A stretch of 64,000 nucleotides of DNA from Desulfobacterales bacterium (GCA_963668645.2 CAXXWC010000003.1:150649-214648); one strand, 5' to 3'. Positions 49,930-60,112 are shown, numbered from the stretch's first letter. The notes: generated by a model not told the origin, from the sequence alone. Made by a program: numbers and translations.

Positions 49930-50988
49930 ATGAACGAGGAGATGCGTGAAAGCATAACCTACGCCGATGCGGGCGTAGACATCGAGAAGGCCAACCGGTT
50001 GGTCGGGCAGATCAAGGAGATCGCCAAGAAGACCCACCGGCCTGGAACCATGGGCGAAATCGGCGGGTTCGGCGGTCTTTTCTCCCTGAACACGGCCAAC
50101 TACGACCAGCCGGTCCTGGTCAGCTCCACCGACGGAGTCGGCACTAAGCTCAAGATCGCCTTTATGATGGACCGGCACCACACCGTGGGCATCGATCTGG
50201 TGGCCATGTGCGTCAACGACATCGTCGTGCAAGGCGCCCGCCCGCTGTTTTTCCTCGACTACCTGGCCACGGGCAAGCTGGACAACCGGGTGGCGGCGGA
50301 CGTGATCCGCGGCATCGGCGAAGGGTGCCAGCAGGCCAAATGTGTCCTGATCGGCGGGGAAACCGCCGAGATGCCCGACATGTACCAGCATGGCGAGTAT
50401 GATCTGGCCGGCTTCGTGGTGGGCATCGTCGACAATGCCAAGATCGTCGACGGCTCGGAGATCCGTGTCGGTCACCGCCTGATCGGTATCGCTTCCGACG
50501 GGCTGCACAGCAACGGCTATTCGCTGGTGCGCAAGATCTGCTTCGAGCGGCTCAATCTCACGGTGGACAGCCATGTGCCGGAACTCGGCGAGCTTCTGGG
50601 CGAAGCCCTGCTCAGGCCCACCCGCATCTATTCGGAACTGATCCAGGGACTTCTCAAAGACCTGCCCATCCACGGGCTGGCCCACATCACCGGCGGCGGC
50701 ATCAGCGAGAACATCCTACGGGTCATCCCCAACGCCTGCAGCGTGGTGATCGATACCGCGACCTGGAAAGTCCCGCCTATTTTCGAGTTTTTGCAGGAAG
50801 CCGGAAAGGTGGCCGACGAGGAGATGCGCCGCACCTTCAACATGGGCATCGGGATGATTGCCGTGGTGCCCGAAGAACGGGCCCAGGAAATCCTCGAACG
50901 GCTCAAGGCGATGGACGAGCGGGTCTACCTGATCGGCGAGGTGGTGGCCACCAAACAGCCGAACAAATCGCGCATGATTTACACGTGA
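49930..50988 (+). CDS. purM: Phosphoribosylformylglycinamidine cyclo-ligase (AIR synthetase)
   Basis: ITYADAGVDIEKANRLV...GEIGGFGGLF...STDGVGTKLKIA...DLVAMCVNDIVVQGARPLFFLDYLA are classic PurM blocks. Confidence 0.9.
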   Translation: MNEEMRESITYADAGVDIEKANRLVGQIKEIAKKTHRPGTMGEIGGFGGLFSLNTANYDQPVLVSSTDGVGTKLKIAFMMDRHHTVGIDLVAMCVNDIVVQGARPLFFLDYLATGKLDNRVAADVIRGIGEGCQQAKCVLIGGETAEMPDMYQHGEYDLAGFVVGIVDNAKIVDGSEIRVGHRLIGIASDGLHSNGYSLVRKICFERLNLTVDSHVPELGELLGEALLRPTRIYSELIQGLLKDLPIHGLAHITGGGISENILRVIPNACSVVIDTATWKVPPIFEFLQEAGKVADEEMRRTFNMGIGMIAVVPEERAQEILERLKAMDERVYLIGEVVATKQPNKSRMIYT

Positions 50989-51107
50989 CCCGGATCGGCT
51001 GAGCAGCCCCCGTTGTGGTAACAACCGGCACCCGGTGCCCTTCGATGGGCGGGTGCCTTTTTTTATGCGCCCTTGGCCGCCTTCCAGGGACGCGGATCGG
51101 ATGGCGG

Positions 51108-52106
51108 ATGAAAATCCTCGGCATCGAAAGTTCCTGCGATGAAACCGCCGCCGGCGTGGTGGCAAACGGGCACACCATCCTCAGCTCGGTGGTCGCCTCC
51201 CAGGTGGACGTACATCGCCCCTATGGGGGAGTGGTGCCCGAGTTGGCCTCGCGCCAGCATATCCAGGCGGTGGTGCCCGTGGTCACCCAGGCCCTGGCCG
51301 AAGCCGATCTGAAGGCCGCCCAGTTGGACGGGATCGCCGTAACCCGCGGTCCAGGACTGATCGGCTCTTTGCTGGTGGGGTTTTGTTTTGCCAAGGCGTA
51401 TGCCTGGGCCCTGGACCTACCCTGGGTCGGCGTCAACCATCTCGAAGGGCACATCCATTCGGTGTTTCTTGGCGCCGCCCCCCCGCCGTTTCCCTTCGTA
51501 GTCCTGATGGTCTCCGGAGGGCACACCTGCCTCTATCATGTCACGGGGCCAACGGTGATGGAGATGATGGGCCAGACCCGGGATGACGCCGCCGGGGAGG
51601 CCTTCGACAAGGTGGCCAAGATGCTCGATCTCGGCTACCCAGGCGGGGTGGTGATCGACCGCCTGGCCATCGAGGGCGACCCGTCGCGGATCAGGTTCCC
51701 GCGCCCGTTTCTGGACCGCAACGGATTCGATTTTTCCTTTTCCGGTTTGAAAACCGCCGTGCTGCGATACCTGCAAACCCATGAGACGCCATCTGAGCAG
51801 GACACGGCCGACATCGTGGCCGCCTTCCAGGAGGCGGTGGTCGACGTGCTGGTGCTCAAGGCCCTGGCCGCGGCCCGGGCCAAGGGCTGCCGCCATCTGG
51901 CACTGGTGGGCGGGGTGGCGGCCAACCGCCGCCTGAGGCAGCGGCTGCGGGCCGAGGCCGAGGCCGAAGGGATTACGGTGCACATCCCGCCGGTCTCCCT
52001 GTGCGGCGACAACGCCGCCATGGTGGCCGCGGTGGGCTACCACTATCTTGCGGCCGGCCGGGCCGCGACCCTGGACGACGACGTCTTTTCGCGCAACCGG
52101 TTTTAG
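51108..52106 (+). CDS. tsaD: tRNA N6-adenosine threonylcarbamoyltransferase
   Basis: ATG 51108 opens MKILGIESSCDETAAGVV. VNHLEGH and SGGHT metal-site motifs, plus GGVAAN. Confidence 0.9.
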   Translation: MKILGIESSCDETAAGVVANGHTILSSVVASQVDVHRPYGGVVPELASRQHIQAVVPVVTQALAEADLKAAQLDGIAVTRGPGLIGSLLVGFCFAKAYAWALDLPWVGVNHLEGHIHSVFLGAAPPPFPFVVLMVSGGHTCLYHVTGPTVMEMMGQTRDDAAGEAFDKVAKMLDLGYPGGVVIDRLAIEGDPSRIRFPRPFLDRNGFDFSFSGLKTAVLRYLQTHETPSEQDTADIVAAFQEAVVDVLVLKALAAARAKGCRHLALVGGVAANRRLRQRLRAEAEAEGITVHIPPVSLCGDNAAMVAAVGYHYLAAGRAATLDDDVFSRNRF

Positions 52107-52161
52107 GGTTGACGGACCAGGATCAGCCGGGGGCAGGTGCACGATCGATTCAGGCTGGAAA

Positions 52162-52329
52162 ATGGGCGAGGTCTTTGAAATCCAGGGAAAACTCTTGGAT
52201 GCCGGAGCCGAGTTCAGAAAGGTTCGTGCCATTGCCAGTCGTCTGGCTTCAATATTCCCGCAAAACCCGAAATATACCGACGCCGTCACAGTGGCCGACG
52301 AGCGGCTTCAGCGTTTAGAGAGGAAATAG
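52162..52329 (+). CDS. Small hypothetical protein (55 aa)
   Basis: ATG 52162 opens MGEVFEIQGKLLDAGAEFRKVRAIASRLASIFPQNPKYTDAVTVADERLQRLERK. Predicted helical. No family recognised. Supported only by the ORF and its intergenic placement. Confidence 0.25.
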   Translation: MGEVFEIQGKLLDAGAEFRKVRAIASRLASIFPQNPKYTDAVTVADERLQRLERK

Positions 52330-52367
52330 GCGCTGGGCGGCCTTCCTGCCTCGTGCCCCTCACAATT

Positions 52368-53393
52368 TCAGGTCTGCTTTCCCCGGCCGAGCCAGCGCTG
52401 CTTGACCAGCCGCATCCGCTGCCAACAGATCCCGGCGCGCCGGTTCATGGCGGGGTCCTTTTCAATCACACGGCAGATCGCTCCATGGGCTGCCTCGATG
52501 GCCGGACCGGCATGGCAGATCAGGGCCAGGTCGACATCGGCGGCCAGGATCCGATCGACGGCCGTCTCGATGGTAATCGCCGGCCGGATGGCCCCCATGT
52601 CCAGATCGTCGGTCATCACCAGCCCGTCGTAACCCATCTTGCCACGCAAAAGGTCACGGACCACGGCCGCCGACAGACTCGCCGGCCAGTCGGGATCGAG
52701 AGCCGGGTAGCGGATATGGCTGAGCATCACGCCGGCGACGTTGTGGGTAAAAGCCCGGGCAAAGGGGGGCAGATCGAAGGCGGCGAGGCTTTCGGCCGAG
52801 GCATCGAGCACCGGCTGGACCTTGTGCGAATCGGCCGTGGTGCGCCCGATGCCCGGAAAGTGCTTGGCCACCGCCATGATCCCTTCAGCCTGCAGGCCGT
52901 CGATCACCGCCGCGCCCATGGTCCCCACCCGCTCCGGATCGGCCCCGAAGACCCGCGGGGCCATCACGCTGTTCATGCCGGCCGGGGCCACGTCGAGGAC
53001 CGGGGCCATGTTCATGTTGAATCCCAAATCGCGCAGCATGCGTCCCATGGCGCGGGCACCGGCCTCGGCCGCGGCGGCATCGGGAATCTGCGGTGCGGCG
53101 GGAAATTCCTCGAAGTGCGGCTGGCGCAGGCGCGCCACAGTTCCGCCTTCCTGATCCACGGCCACCAGCAGCGGCGGCCGGCCGGTGGCCGCGGCGCAGG
53201 CCTGGCAGTCGCCGATCAGTCCCCTCACCTGCTCCGGGGTTTCGATGTTACGTGCGAATAGAATGACACCGGCCACTGCCAGATCGGCGATCAAAAAACG
53301 CAGCTCGCTGTCCAGGGCCGTTCCATCGAAGCCCACCATCAGCCGCTGGCCAGCCAGGGCCTGGATATTGATTGCCGTTTTGAACCGGTCCAT
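52368..53393 (-). CDS. nagZ: Beta-N-acetylhexosaminidase (GH3, peptidoglycan recycling)
   Basis: 341 aa. GQRLMVGFDG, ILFARNI, VDQEGG, KHFPGIGRTTADSH, and the catalytic region GLVMTDDLDMGAI. Confidence 0.8.
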   Translation of the reverse strand: MDRFKTAINIQALAGQRLMVGFDGTALDSELRFLIADLAVAGVILFARNIETPEQVRGLIGDCQACAAATGRPPLLVAVDQEGGTVARLRQPHFEEFPAAPQIPDAAAAEAGARAMGRMLRDLGFNMNMAPVLDVAPAGMNSVMAPRVFGADPERVGTMGAAVIDGLQAEGIMAVAKHFPGIGRTTADSHKVQPVLDASAESLAAFDLPPFARAFTHNVAGVMLSHIRYPALDPDWPASLSAAVVRDLLRGKMGYDGLVMTDDLDMGAIRPAITIETAVDRILAADVDLALICHAGPAIEAAHGAICRVIEKDPAMNRRAGICWQRMRLVKQRWLGRGKQT

Positions 53394-53396
53394 GTG

Positions 53397-54467
53397 CTAC
53401 CGCCCCAGTTGATAGCGGCGTACCGCCAGCCGGTGTTCGGCGTAGGTGGCCGAAAACTGGTGGGTGCCGTCGTTGCGCGAAACAAAGAACAAATAGTCGC
53501 TGGCGGCCGGGAAAAGGGCCGCCTCTAGGGCCGCGGCCCCGGGGCTGGCGATGGGCCCCGGCGGCAGCCCTTTGATCAGATAGGTATTGTAAGGCGTCCG
53601 GGTGGCCAAGTGGCGGCGCGTCAGGTTGCCGTCGAAATCCTCGATCCCATAGATCACGGTGGGATCGGTCTCGAGACGCATACCGCGCCGCAGCCGGTTG
53701 TGGAAGACCGCGCTGATCAGAGGGCGCTCGGACGCATCGCCGGTCTCTTTCTCGATGATCGAGGCCAGGGTCACCACCTGGTGCACGGTCCAGTCCATCT
53801 CACGGGCACGGGCCCGCCACTGCGGACCGAAGACCTGGTCGAAGCGGGCCTTCATTGCCAGGATCATGTCCTGCGCCGCGGCGCCCCTGGCAAAACGATA
53901 GGTGTCCGGGAAAAGATAGCCTTCGAAGCTTGCGGCCGTGATCCCGGCCCGGGCCGCCAGTTCCCGGTCATGGGCTGCCGCCTGGAAAACGGCGGCCTGG
54001 GCCAGTCCCGCATCATCCAGCAGGGCGCCGATCTGCCTCAGGTTGTACCCTTCCGGAATGGTGACGCGATGCAGTTGCACCTTGCCGCGCACCAGCGCAT
54101 CGAGCATCTCCAGGGGTGTCATGGCCGGAGAAAGCAGGTACTCACCGGCCTGCAGCAACTTGTCGCTCCCCTTCAGGCGGGCCAGAAGCCGGAACTTGAG
54201 CGGCGCACGAATCAGCCCGGCGCCGGCCAGATCGTCCGCGATCCGGCTCATCGCGCGACCGTGGGCGATCTGGACGATCCGCTCGGCGCCGTCCCTGTCG
54301 GCGGGCTGCCGGGCGTATTCCCAAAGGTCCAGGCCGACGGCCGTCAGCCCGCAAAAAGCTACGAAGAAAATCAATAAAACGGCGGAAAAAAGTTTTCGTG
54401 CCAAGAGCCACTCCGGTGGGTTGACCTGTCGCCGGGGCAACGGTCGGACTGTAAGGTCGCGCCACAC
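53397..54467 (-). CDS. mltG: Endolytic murein transglycosylase (YceG-like)
   Basis: 356 aa. N-terminal TM, then TIPEGYNLRQIG, LEGYLFPDTY, ASIIEKE and NTYLIKGLPPGPIASPG, the signature blocks of the YceG/MltG family. Confidence 0.85.
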   Translation of the reverse strand: MWRDLTVRPLPRRQVNPPEWLLARKLFSAVLLIFFVAFCGLTAVGLDLWEYARQPADRDGAERIVQIAHGRAMSRIADDLAGAGLIRAPLKFRLLARLKGSDKLLQAGEYLLSPAMTPLEMLDALVRGKVQLHRVTIPEGYNLRQIGALLDDAGLAQAAVFQAAAHDRELAARAGITAASFEGYLFPDTYRFARGAAAQDMILAMKARFDQVFGPQWRARAREMDWTVHQVVTLASIIEKETGDASERPLISAVFHNRLRRGMRLETDPTVIYGIEDFDGNLTRRHLATRTPYNTYLIKGLPPGPIASPGAAALEAALFPAASDYLFFVSRNDGTHQFSATYAEHRLAVRRYQLGR

Positions 54468-54674
54468 TATAGGGCAGGCACCGGCCGGTTGTCAAAAACC
54501 GCAAAAAAAACCGAAACGCTTTTCCTTGACATTCACGGACAAAGCCAATAAGGATCCCCGGTAAGGCAAAACCCTTGCAAAACGAGGGGTTGTAAAAAAT
54601 GCCGTAGATTTATTGAATGAATCATTCTTTAATTCGGGCCACTGGTGCGGCCCAAAACGGCGAGGGAAAATCGC

Positions 54675-54890
54675 ATGGTCGAAGCCCAGAAAAAACCCAA
54701 GTTGAAGGAGCACAGGATCAATCAGGCCTGGTGCAAGGGGTGCGGTATCTGTGTGGCATTTTGCCCCAAGAACGTACTTGAACTCGACGACAAGGAAAAG
54801 GCGGTGGCAGCCCGGCCCGAAGACTGCATCGCCTGCAAGCTTTGCGAACTCAGGTGTCCTGACCTGGCCATCGAAATCATCACGGAGTAA
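54675..54890 (+). CDS. 2-oxoacid:ferredoxin oxidoreductase, delta (2x[4Fe-4S] ferredoxin) subunit
   Basis: ATG 54675 after GAGGGAAAA. Two Cys clusters, CKGCGICVAFCP and CIACKLCELRCP. First gene of a delta-alpha-beta-gamma cluster. Confidence 0.75.
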   Translation: MVEAQKKPKLKEHRINQAWCKGCGICVAFCPKNVLELDDKEKAVAARPEDCIACKLCELRCPDLAIEIITE

Positions 54891-54899
54891 AGTGCTGCG

Positions 54900-56048
54900 A
54901 TGAAACCAAATGTCAGATTTGTTCAGGGAAACGAGGCCTGCGTGGAAGGGGCCCTGTATGCCGGGCTGCAATTTTTTGCCGGCTATCCCATCACGCCGTC
55001 AACGGAAATCGCCGAGGGTCTCTCGGCCCGGCTGCCGCAGATCGGCGGCAAGTTTATCCAGATGGAGGACGAGATCGCCTCCATGTGCGCCATCATCGGG
55101 GCCTCGCTCACCGGCCACAAGGTGATGACGGCCACCAGCGGACCGGGATTCTCCCTTAAACAAGAGGCCCTGGGCTATGCGGTGATGGCCGAGATCCCCT
55201 GTGTGATCGTCAACGTGCAGCGCGGCGGGCCGTCCACCGGCAACCCCACCCACGTGGCCCAGGGTGACGTGATGCAGGCGCGCTGGGGAACCCACGGCGA
55301 TCACGCCATCGTTGCCATGACCGCCTCGAACCACCAGGACGTATTCGCCGTCACGGTGGAGGCCTTCAACATCGCCGAGACCTACCGCACGCCGGTTGTC
55401 CTGCTGTTCGATGAGGTCGTAGGCCACATGCGCGAAAAGCTGACCATTCCCGAACCGGGAGAAATTGCGCTGGTCGAGCGGCTGCACACCTCGTTGCCCG
55501 GGGGGGTGGACTACCACCCCTATCTGCCGCGCGAGGACGGCCGGCTGCCGATGAGCGATTTCGGCGGGGTGCACCGTTACAACGTCACCGGACTGTTTCA
55601 CGACATGTGGGGCTTTCCGTCGGACAACCCGGGAGTAGTCCACGGCCTGATGCGCCACCTGGTGGACAAAATCGAAAACAACACCTACAAAATGGCACGG
55701 TACAAGGAGTATTTCCTCGATGACGCCGAGACCGTGTTCATCTCCTACGGCAGTTCGGCCCGTTCGGCCCTGCACGTGGTGCGCAACCGCCGGGCCCGGG
55801 GCGAACGGCTCGGGCTGCTCGAACTGCAGACCCTGTGGCCCTTTCCGGCCGCCATCGTGCGCGAAAAGTGCAGCCAGGCTCGCTCGGTGGTAGTGGCCGA
55901 GATGAACACCGGCCAGATCATGCGGGAGGTCAAGGCAGCCGTGAGCGAACCGGAAAAGGTCTTTTTGGCCAACCGCATCGACGGCACCCTGATCACGCCT
56001 ACCGATATTCGCAACATCCTGCGGCTCATCCAGGGGAGAGGAGTCTGA
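54900..56048 (+). CDS. 2-oxoacid (2-oxoglutarate-type):ferredoxin oxidoreductase, alpha subunit
   Basis: 382 aa. GNEACVEGALYAGLQFFAGYPITPSTEI...MEDEIASM...TSGPGFSL...QRGGPSTG are typical KorA/VorA blocks. Confidence 0.85.
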   Translation: MKPNVRFVQGNEACVEGALYAGLQFFAGYPITPSTEIAEGLSARLPQIGGKFIQMEDEIASMCAIIGASLTGHKVMTATSGPGFSLKQEALGYAVMAEIPCVIVNVQRGGPSTGNPTHVAQGDVMQARWGTHGDHAIVAMTASNHQDVFAVTVEAFNIAETYRTPVVLLFDEVVGHMREKLTIPEPGEIALVERLHTSLPGGVDYHPYLPREDGRLPMSDFGGVHRYNVTGLFHDMWGFPSDNPGVVHGLMRHLVDKIENNTYKMARYKEYFLDDAETVFISYGSSARSALHVVRNRRARGERLGLLELQTLWPFPAAIVREKCSQARSVVVAEMNTGQIMREVKAAVSEPEKVFLANRIDGTLITPTDIRNILRLIQGRGV

Positions 56049-56051
56049 CCC

Positions 56052-56855
56052 ATGGCTGTCAAAGATTATATTCGTGAACGGTTTTTTCCGCACATCTGGT
56101 GCGCCGGCTGCGGCCACGGCATCATTCTCAACAGCCTGCTGCGGGCCGTGGAATCGCTCGGCATGAGCAAAAACGAAATCGTGATGGCCTCGGGGATCGG
56201 CTGTTCGAGCCGCATCTCGGGGTATCTCGACTTTCATACCCTGCATACGATTCACGGTCGGGCCCTGGCCTTTGCCACGGGGGTCAAGCTGAGCCGCCCG
56301 GAGCTGAACCTGATCGTGCCCATGGGCGACGGGGACGCGTTGGCCATCGGCGGCAACCACTTCATCCACGCGGCCCGGCGCAACATCGACATCACCGCCA
56401 TCGTGATGAACAACCGCATCTACGGGATGACCGGGGGCCAGTTCTCTCCCCTTTCGGGTTACGGGATCATGGCCACCACGGCCCCCTATGCCACCGTGGA
56501 CCAGGGCTTCGACGTGGTCGAGCTGGCCCGCGCGGCCGGGGCCACCTTCGTGGCCCGTTCGACCACCTACCATGTGCAGCAGCTGACCAAGCTGCTGCGC
56601 GAAGCGATCCTGCACGAAGGCTTTTCGGTGGTCGAGGTCCTGACCCAGTGCCCGACCTATTTCGGGCGGCGCAACAAGCAGGGCGGGGCGGTGGAAATGA
56701 TGAACTGGCTCAAGGACAACACCACGCCGGTGGGCTCCAAGGCCAAGGCGGAAAACCCGGCCCTGATCGAACGCGGCGTCTTCGTACAAAAGGAGCTGCC
56801 CGAGTACTGCAAGGCTTACGACCAGGTCATCGAACGGGCCCAGAAAGGAAAATAG
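56052..56855 (+). CDS. 2-oxoacid:ferredoxin oxidoreductase, beta (TPP-binding) subunit
   Basis: 267 aa. WCAGCGHG Cys motif and the TPP-binding block GDGDALAIGGNHFIHAARRNIDITAIVMNNRIYGMTGGQ. Confidence 0.85.
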   Translation: MAVKDYIRERFFPHIWCAGCGHGIILNSLLRAVESLGMSKNEIVMASGIGCSSRISGYLDFHTLHTIHGRALAFATGVKLSRPELNLIVPMGDGDALAIGGNHFIHAARRNIDITAIVMNNRIYGMTGGQFSPLSGYGIMATTAPYATVDQGFDVVELARAAGATFVARSTTYHVQQLTKLLREAILHEGFSVVEVLTQCPTYFGRRNKQGGAVEMMNWLKDNTTPVGSKAKAENPALIERGVFVQKELPEYCKAYDQVIERAQKGK

Positions 56856-56857
56856 CC

Positions 56858-57397
56858 ATGGAAAGATGCAGAATCGTATTTTCCGGCTCCGGCGGCCAGG
56901 GGGTGATCACGGCGGCCATCCTGCTGGCCGAGGCGGCGGTGATCGAAGAAGGGCTCAACGCGGTGCAGACCCAGGTCTACGGCGCGGCGGCCCGGGGCGG
57001 GGCCACGCGCTCGGACGTGATCGTGGCCGAAGAGGAGATCTTCTTTCCCAAGGTGCTCCAGCCCAACGTGCTCGTGTGCCTGACCCAGGAGGCCTATAAC
57101 AAGTTTTATCCCATCATCCGGCCCGGGGGGCTGTTGATCACCGATCCGCGCTACGTCCAGCTCGAACGCAAGGTGGACGCCCGCCAGCGCCAGCTGGACA
57201 TGTTCCGCACGGTGATGGATCGCATCGGCAAGCCCATCGTGTTCAACATCTGCATGCTCGGGGCGGTCATCACCCTGACCGGGCTGATCAAGCCCGAATC
57301 GGTGATGAAGATGCTCGAACGGCGCCTTCCCGCGGCTTTTATCGACATGAACCGACAGGCCCTGGAGATCGGCATCGAACTGGCCGAGGCAGCCTAG
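56858..57397 (+). CDS. 2-oxoacid:ferredoxin oxidoreductase, gamma subunit
   Basis: ATG 56858 opens MERCRIVFSGSGGQGVITAAILLAEAA...YGAAARGG. The 432-aa track ORF (56099..57397) is this gene plus an out-of-frame overlap of the beta subunit. Confidence 0.8.
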   Translation: MERCRIVFSGSGGQGVITAAILLAEAAVIEEGLNAVQTQVYGAAARGGATRSDVIVAEEEIFFPKVLQPNVLVCLTQEAYNKFYPIIRPGGLLITDPRYVQLERKVDARQRQLDMFRTVMDRIGKPIVFNICMLGAVITLTGLIKPESVMKMLERRLPAAFIDMNRQALEIGIELAEAA

Positions 57398-57463
57398 AGC
57401 ATCGCGCGATCCTCTTGCCAGCGCCACCCTGCCGCGGCAGGGTGGCGCTTTGTATTCCCGGCT

Positions 57464-58624
57464 ATGGCTTCTGGAACCGAAAACGCCGCCGGCATCTACA
57501 TTCACCTGCCGTTTTGCCGGCGCAAATGCCCTTACTGCGATTTTTATTCGGTGCCCGGCAACGGCTCAGGCCGCCGGGCGTTTCTCGATGCGCTGCACCG
57601 CGAGTCGGCCCTGCGCGCCGCGCCGCGGCTCAACCCGGACACCCTCTACTTCGGGGGCGGCACCCCTTCCCTCTTTACCCCCTGGCAGATCGCGGGCCTC
57701 ATCGAAATGGTGCGCGCGGACTTCGGTCTGGCCGCCGGGGCCGAAATCACTCTGGAAGCCAATCCCGGCACACTTCGGCCCGAGAACCTGATCGCCTATC
57801 GCCGCGCCGGGGTCAACCGCCTCAACCTCGGGGTCCAATCCTTTGATGACCGCTGCCTGGCCTTTCTCGGGCGGATCCATGATGCGGCCCAATCCCGGCA
57901 GGCGATCGACCAGGCCAGGGCCGCCGGCTTCGAAAACATCGGCATCGACCTGATCTATGCCCTGCCGGGCCAGACAGGCAACGCCTGGCGGAGCGAACTG
58001 GCCATGGCCCTGGAACGGACGCCGGCCCATCTCTCCTGCTACATTCTGACCTATGCCCCGGGAACCCCGCTGGACGACCAGCGCCGGCAGGGCCGGGTGC
58101 GGCCCCTGAACGACACCCAGGTGGCGGCCCTGTTTGAAACCACGGTCGAAACCCTGATCGGTGCCGGATTCGTCCATTACGAAATTTCCAATTTTGCCCT
58201 GAACGGCCACCCGCCCCTCTGGTCTTGCCACAATCGCAAATACTGGAACGGCAGCGCCTACCTGGGCCTCGGTCCGGCGGCCCATTCCTTCGACGGGATC
58301 CACCGCAACTGGAACGATGCGGATCTGGACGGCTATCTGGATGCCTTAATACACGGGAAGCGGCCACCGGGGGGCGTGGAAAGCCTGACGGTGGAGCAAC
58401 GGATGAGCGAGGCACTTCTTCTCGGCCTGCGCCAGACCGAGGGGATTGACACCGCCCTTTTCGAGGCCCGCTTCGCAGTCGACTTCGAGCGTCTCTTCGG
58501 CCCGGTACTGGCCGATCTGGCCGAATCCGGGCTGGCCAGGACCGAATCGGGCCGCCTGCGGCTGACCCGGCGCGGCCTGCTGGTGGCCGACGCCGTGGCG
58601 GTGCGGATGGCGGGCTGCTTTTGA
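57464..58624 (+). CDS. hemW: Radical SAM heme chaperone HemW (coproporphyrinogen III oxidase-like)
   Basis: 386 aa. IYIHLPFCRRKCPYCDF (CxxxCxxC), GGGTPS, and the HemN_C-like C-terminus. Confidence 0.85.
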   Translation: MASGTENAAGIYIHLPFCRRKCPYCDFYSVPGNGSGRRAFLDALHRESALRAAPRLNPDTLYFGGGTPSLFTPWQIAGLIEMVRADFGLAAGAEITLEANPGTLRPENLIAYRRAGVNRLNLGVQSFDDRCLAFLGRIHDAAQSRQAIDQARAAGFENIGIDLIYALPGQTGNAWRSELAMALERTPAHLSCYILTYAPGTPLDDQRRQGRVRPLNDTQVAALFETTVETLIGAGFVHYEISNFALNGHPPLWSCHNRKYWNGSAYLGLGPAAHSFDGIHRNWNDADLDGYLDALIHGKRPPGGVESLTVEQRMSEALLLGLRQTEGIDTALFEARFAVDFERLFGPVLADLAESGLARTESGRLRLTRRGLLVADAVAVRMAGCF

Positions 58625-58770
58625 AAAGGCGCAGGGCAGAAGGCCTGGGGCAGAAAACAGAAGACGGCCCCTTCCCCAGCTGTTCTCTGTCTTCTGATCG
58701 CGGTTGAAAACCGCTTCCACTGTCCCGTTCTCTGTCCTCCGCCCTCTTTCTTTTCCGTCCTCCGATCCTC

Positions 58771-60063
58771 TCAGGTCGACAAGGTCTTGATCAGCACACT
58801 GAGATAAAAACGCGCGTGACTGATGGGGGCCGCCATGTTGGCCCGGTGGTTGGCCAGAATCCCGCTCAGGCTGCTGTTGGTGATCACGATGGGATCGATC
58901 TCAATGGCATGGTGGCACGATTCGATGGCGTGGTGGAGCACTTCGATGCCGCGACGGGCCTCGATGGTGGGGTAAAAGTCTTTTTCAATGGCATGTAAGA
59001 TTTCGTACAGGGCGCTGGCCACTCCCTTGGCGTAAAAGAAGTAGTCGTCCGCGGCAAAAAAGCTCACCTCGGTGCCATCATCTTCTTTGGCCTTGACCAG
59101 GTTTTCATCGCAACTTCCCAGCAGGTCTTCGTAGGCCACCAGCAAAGGGATGAGGTTGTCGGTGCGGGTCCAGAAGCGCGCCTCGCCCCGCTTGAGCCTA
59201 TCCCGGTATATGGCCAGTTCCTTGAGCCCGTCTTTGTACTTGCCCTCCGGTGAGGGGAACCAGTAGCGATCGGCCGAAACCATGAACCAGTTCATGGCGT
59301 TTTCCAGATTCTTGTCGAAGGATTCGGTGCTGCCGGCCCGGGAAATGCGTTCGGCCAGGGTCACCGCCGTGCGCCGGGTCACTTCCAGAACCCCGAGCTG
59401 GTAATTGTTGACGTTGTCGGTAAAATCGATGATGTCGTTGGGCCGCCAGCCCCAGAAGCGATCATACAGTTCGTGGTGCATCGTCTTGATGACCGCATCC
59501 ACAAAGGCCACGCCTTTAACCGATGGGGCGCCTTGCGCAGCCCCATGTTCGCCCGCAACGCTATGAGCGGCAACGGGATGGGATGGCGCAGAGGCCTTGG
59601 CAGCGGTGTGCGTGGCCGGCGCATGGGCTTGTGGGGCCGCCGCCGTCTGCCCCTCGTCCGCATGGGAAGCCGGACCATGGGCGGCTGCCTCGGGCTGTTG
59701 GTGGTCGGCGGACGCATGCGGCTCAGCGCCGGCATCATGGGCGGCCGCAGGAGCCGGGGCCTGTACATGAGACGCTTCGCCGGCCGGCGTATGGTCACCG
59801 GTGGTGTGGGCCGCAGTGGCGGTTTCGTGGGCGGCCGGTGTCCCGGTGGTGGCATGCGCCTCCTGGCTGGTTACGTGAGCCGACGGCGCCGGTTGTGTCT
59901 TCCGGTCCGACACCCAACCGGCCACGGTGGCCGTGACCCATAACAGCGCGATGAACAAAACGATGACCACCGCCATCCGTTTGGTGGCAAAACGCTTGAA
60001 GTCCGATGGGTTCTCCGGCGCCTGATCCTGTCCAGCTTCGGTTTGGTTATCCATATCTGCCAT
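58771..60063 (-). CDS. Membrane-anchored protein with a long His/Ala-rich low-complexity linker and a conserved C-terminal domain (DUF2333-like; family recall uncertain)
   Basis: 430 aa. TM MAVVIVLFIALLWVTATVAGW, then about 130 residues rich in H, A, T and P, then a globular domain (WGWRPNDIIDFTDNVNNYQLGVLEVTRRT...). Confidence 0.5.
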   Translation of the reverse strand: MADMDNQTEAGQDQAPENPSDFKRFATKRMAVVIVLFIALLWVTATVAGWVSDRKTQPAPSAHVTSQEAHATTGTPAAHETATAAHTTGDHTPAGEASHVQAPAPAAAHDAGAEPHASADHQQPEAAAHGPASHADEGQTAAAPQAHAPATHTAAKASAPSHPVAAHSVAGEHGAAQGAPSVKGVAFVDAVIKTMHHELYDRFWGWRPNDIIDFTDNVNNYQLGVLEVTRRTAVTLAERISRAGSTESFDKNLENAMNWFMVSADRYWFPSPEGKYKDGLKELAIYRDRLKRGEARFWTRTDNLIPLLVAYEDLLGSCDENLVKAKEDDGTEVSFFAADDYFFYAKGVASALYEILHAIEKDFYPTIEARRGIEVLHHAIESCHHAIEIDPIVITNSSLSGILANHRANMAAPISHARFYLSVLIKTLST

Positions 60064-60112
60064 GGCTCAATCTTTCGTATTGATGGGTTGATCGCCGCCT
60101 CAAGGACAGCGA

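Noticed and set aside
56099-57397. 432-aa ORF spanning the beta and gamma subunits of the oxidoreductase
   Set aside because: Its first roughly 250 codons are an out-of-frame read through the beta subunit gene (Arg/Pro/Gly-rich nonsense). The real gamma subunit starts at ATG 56858, right after the beta stop.
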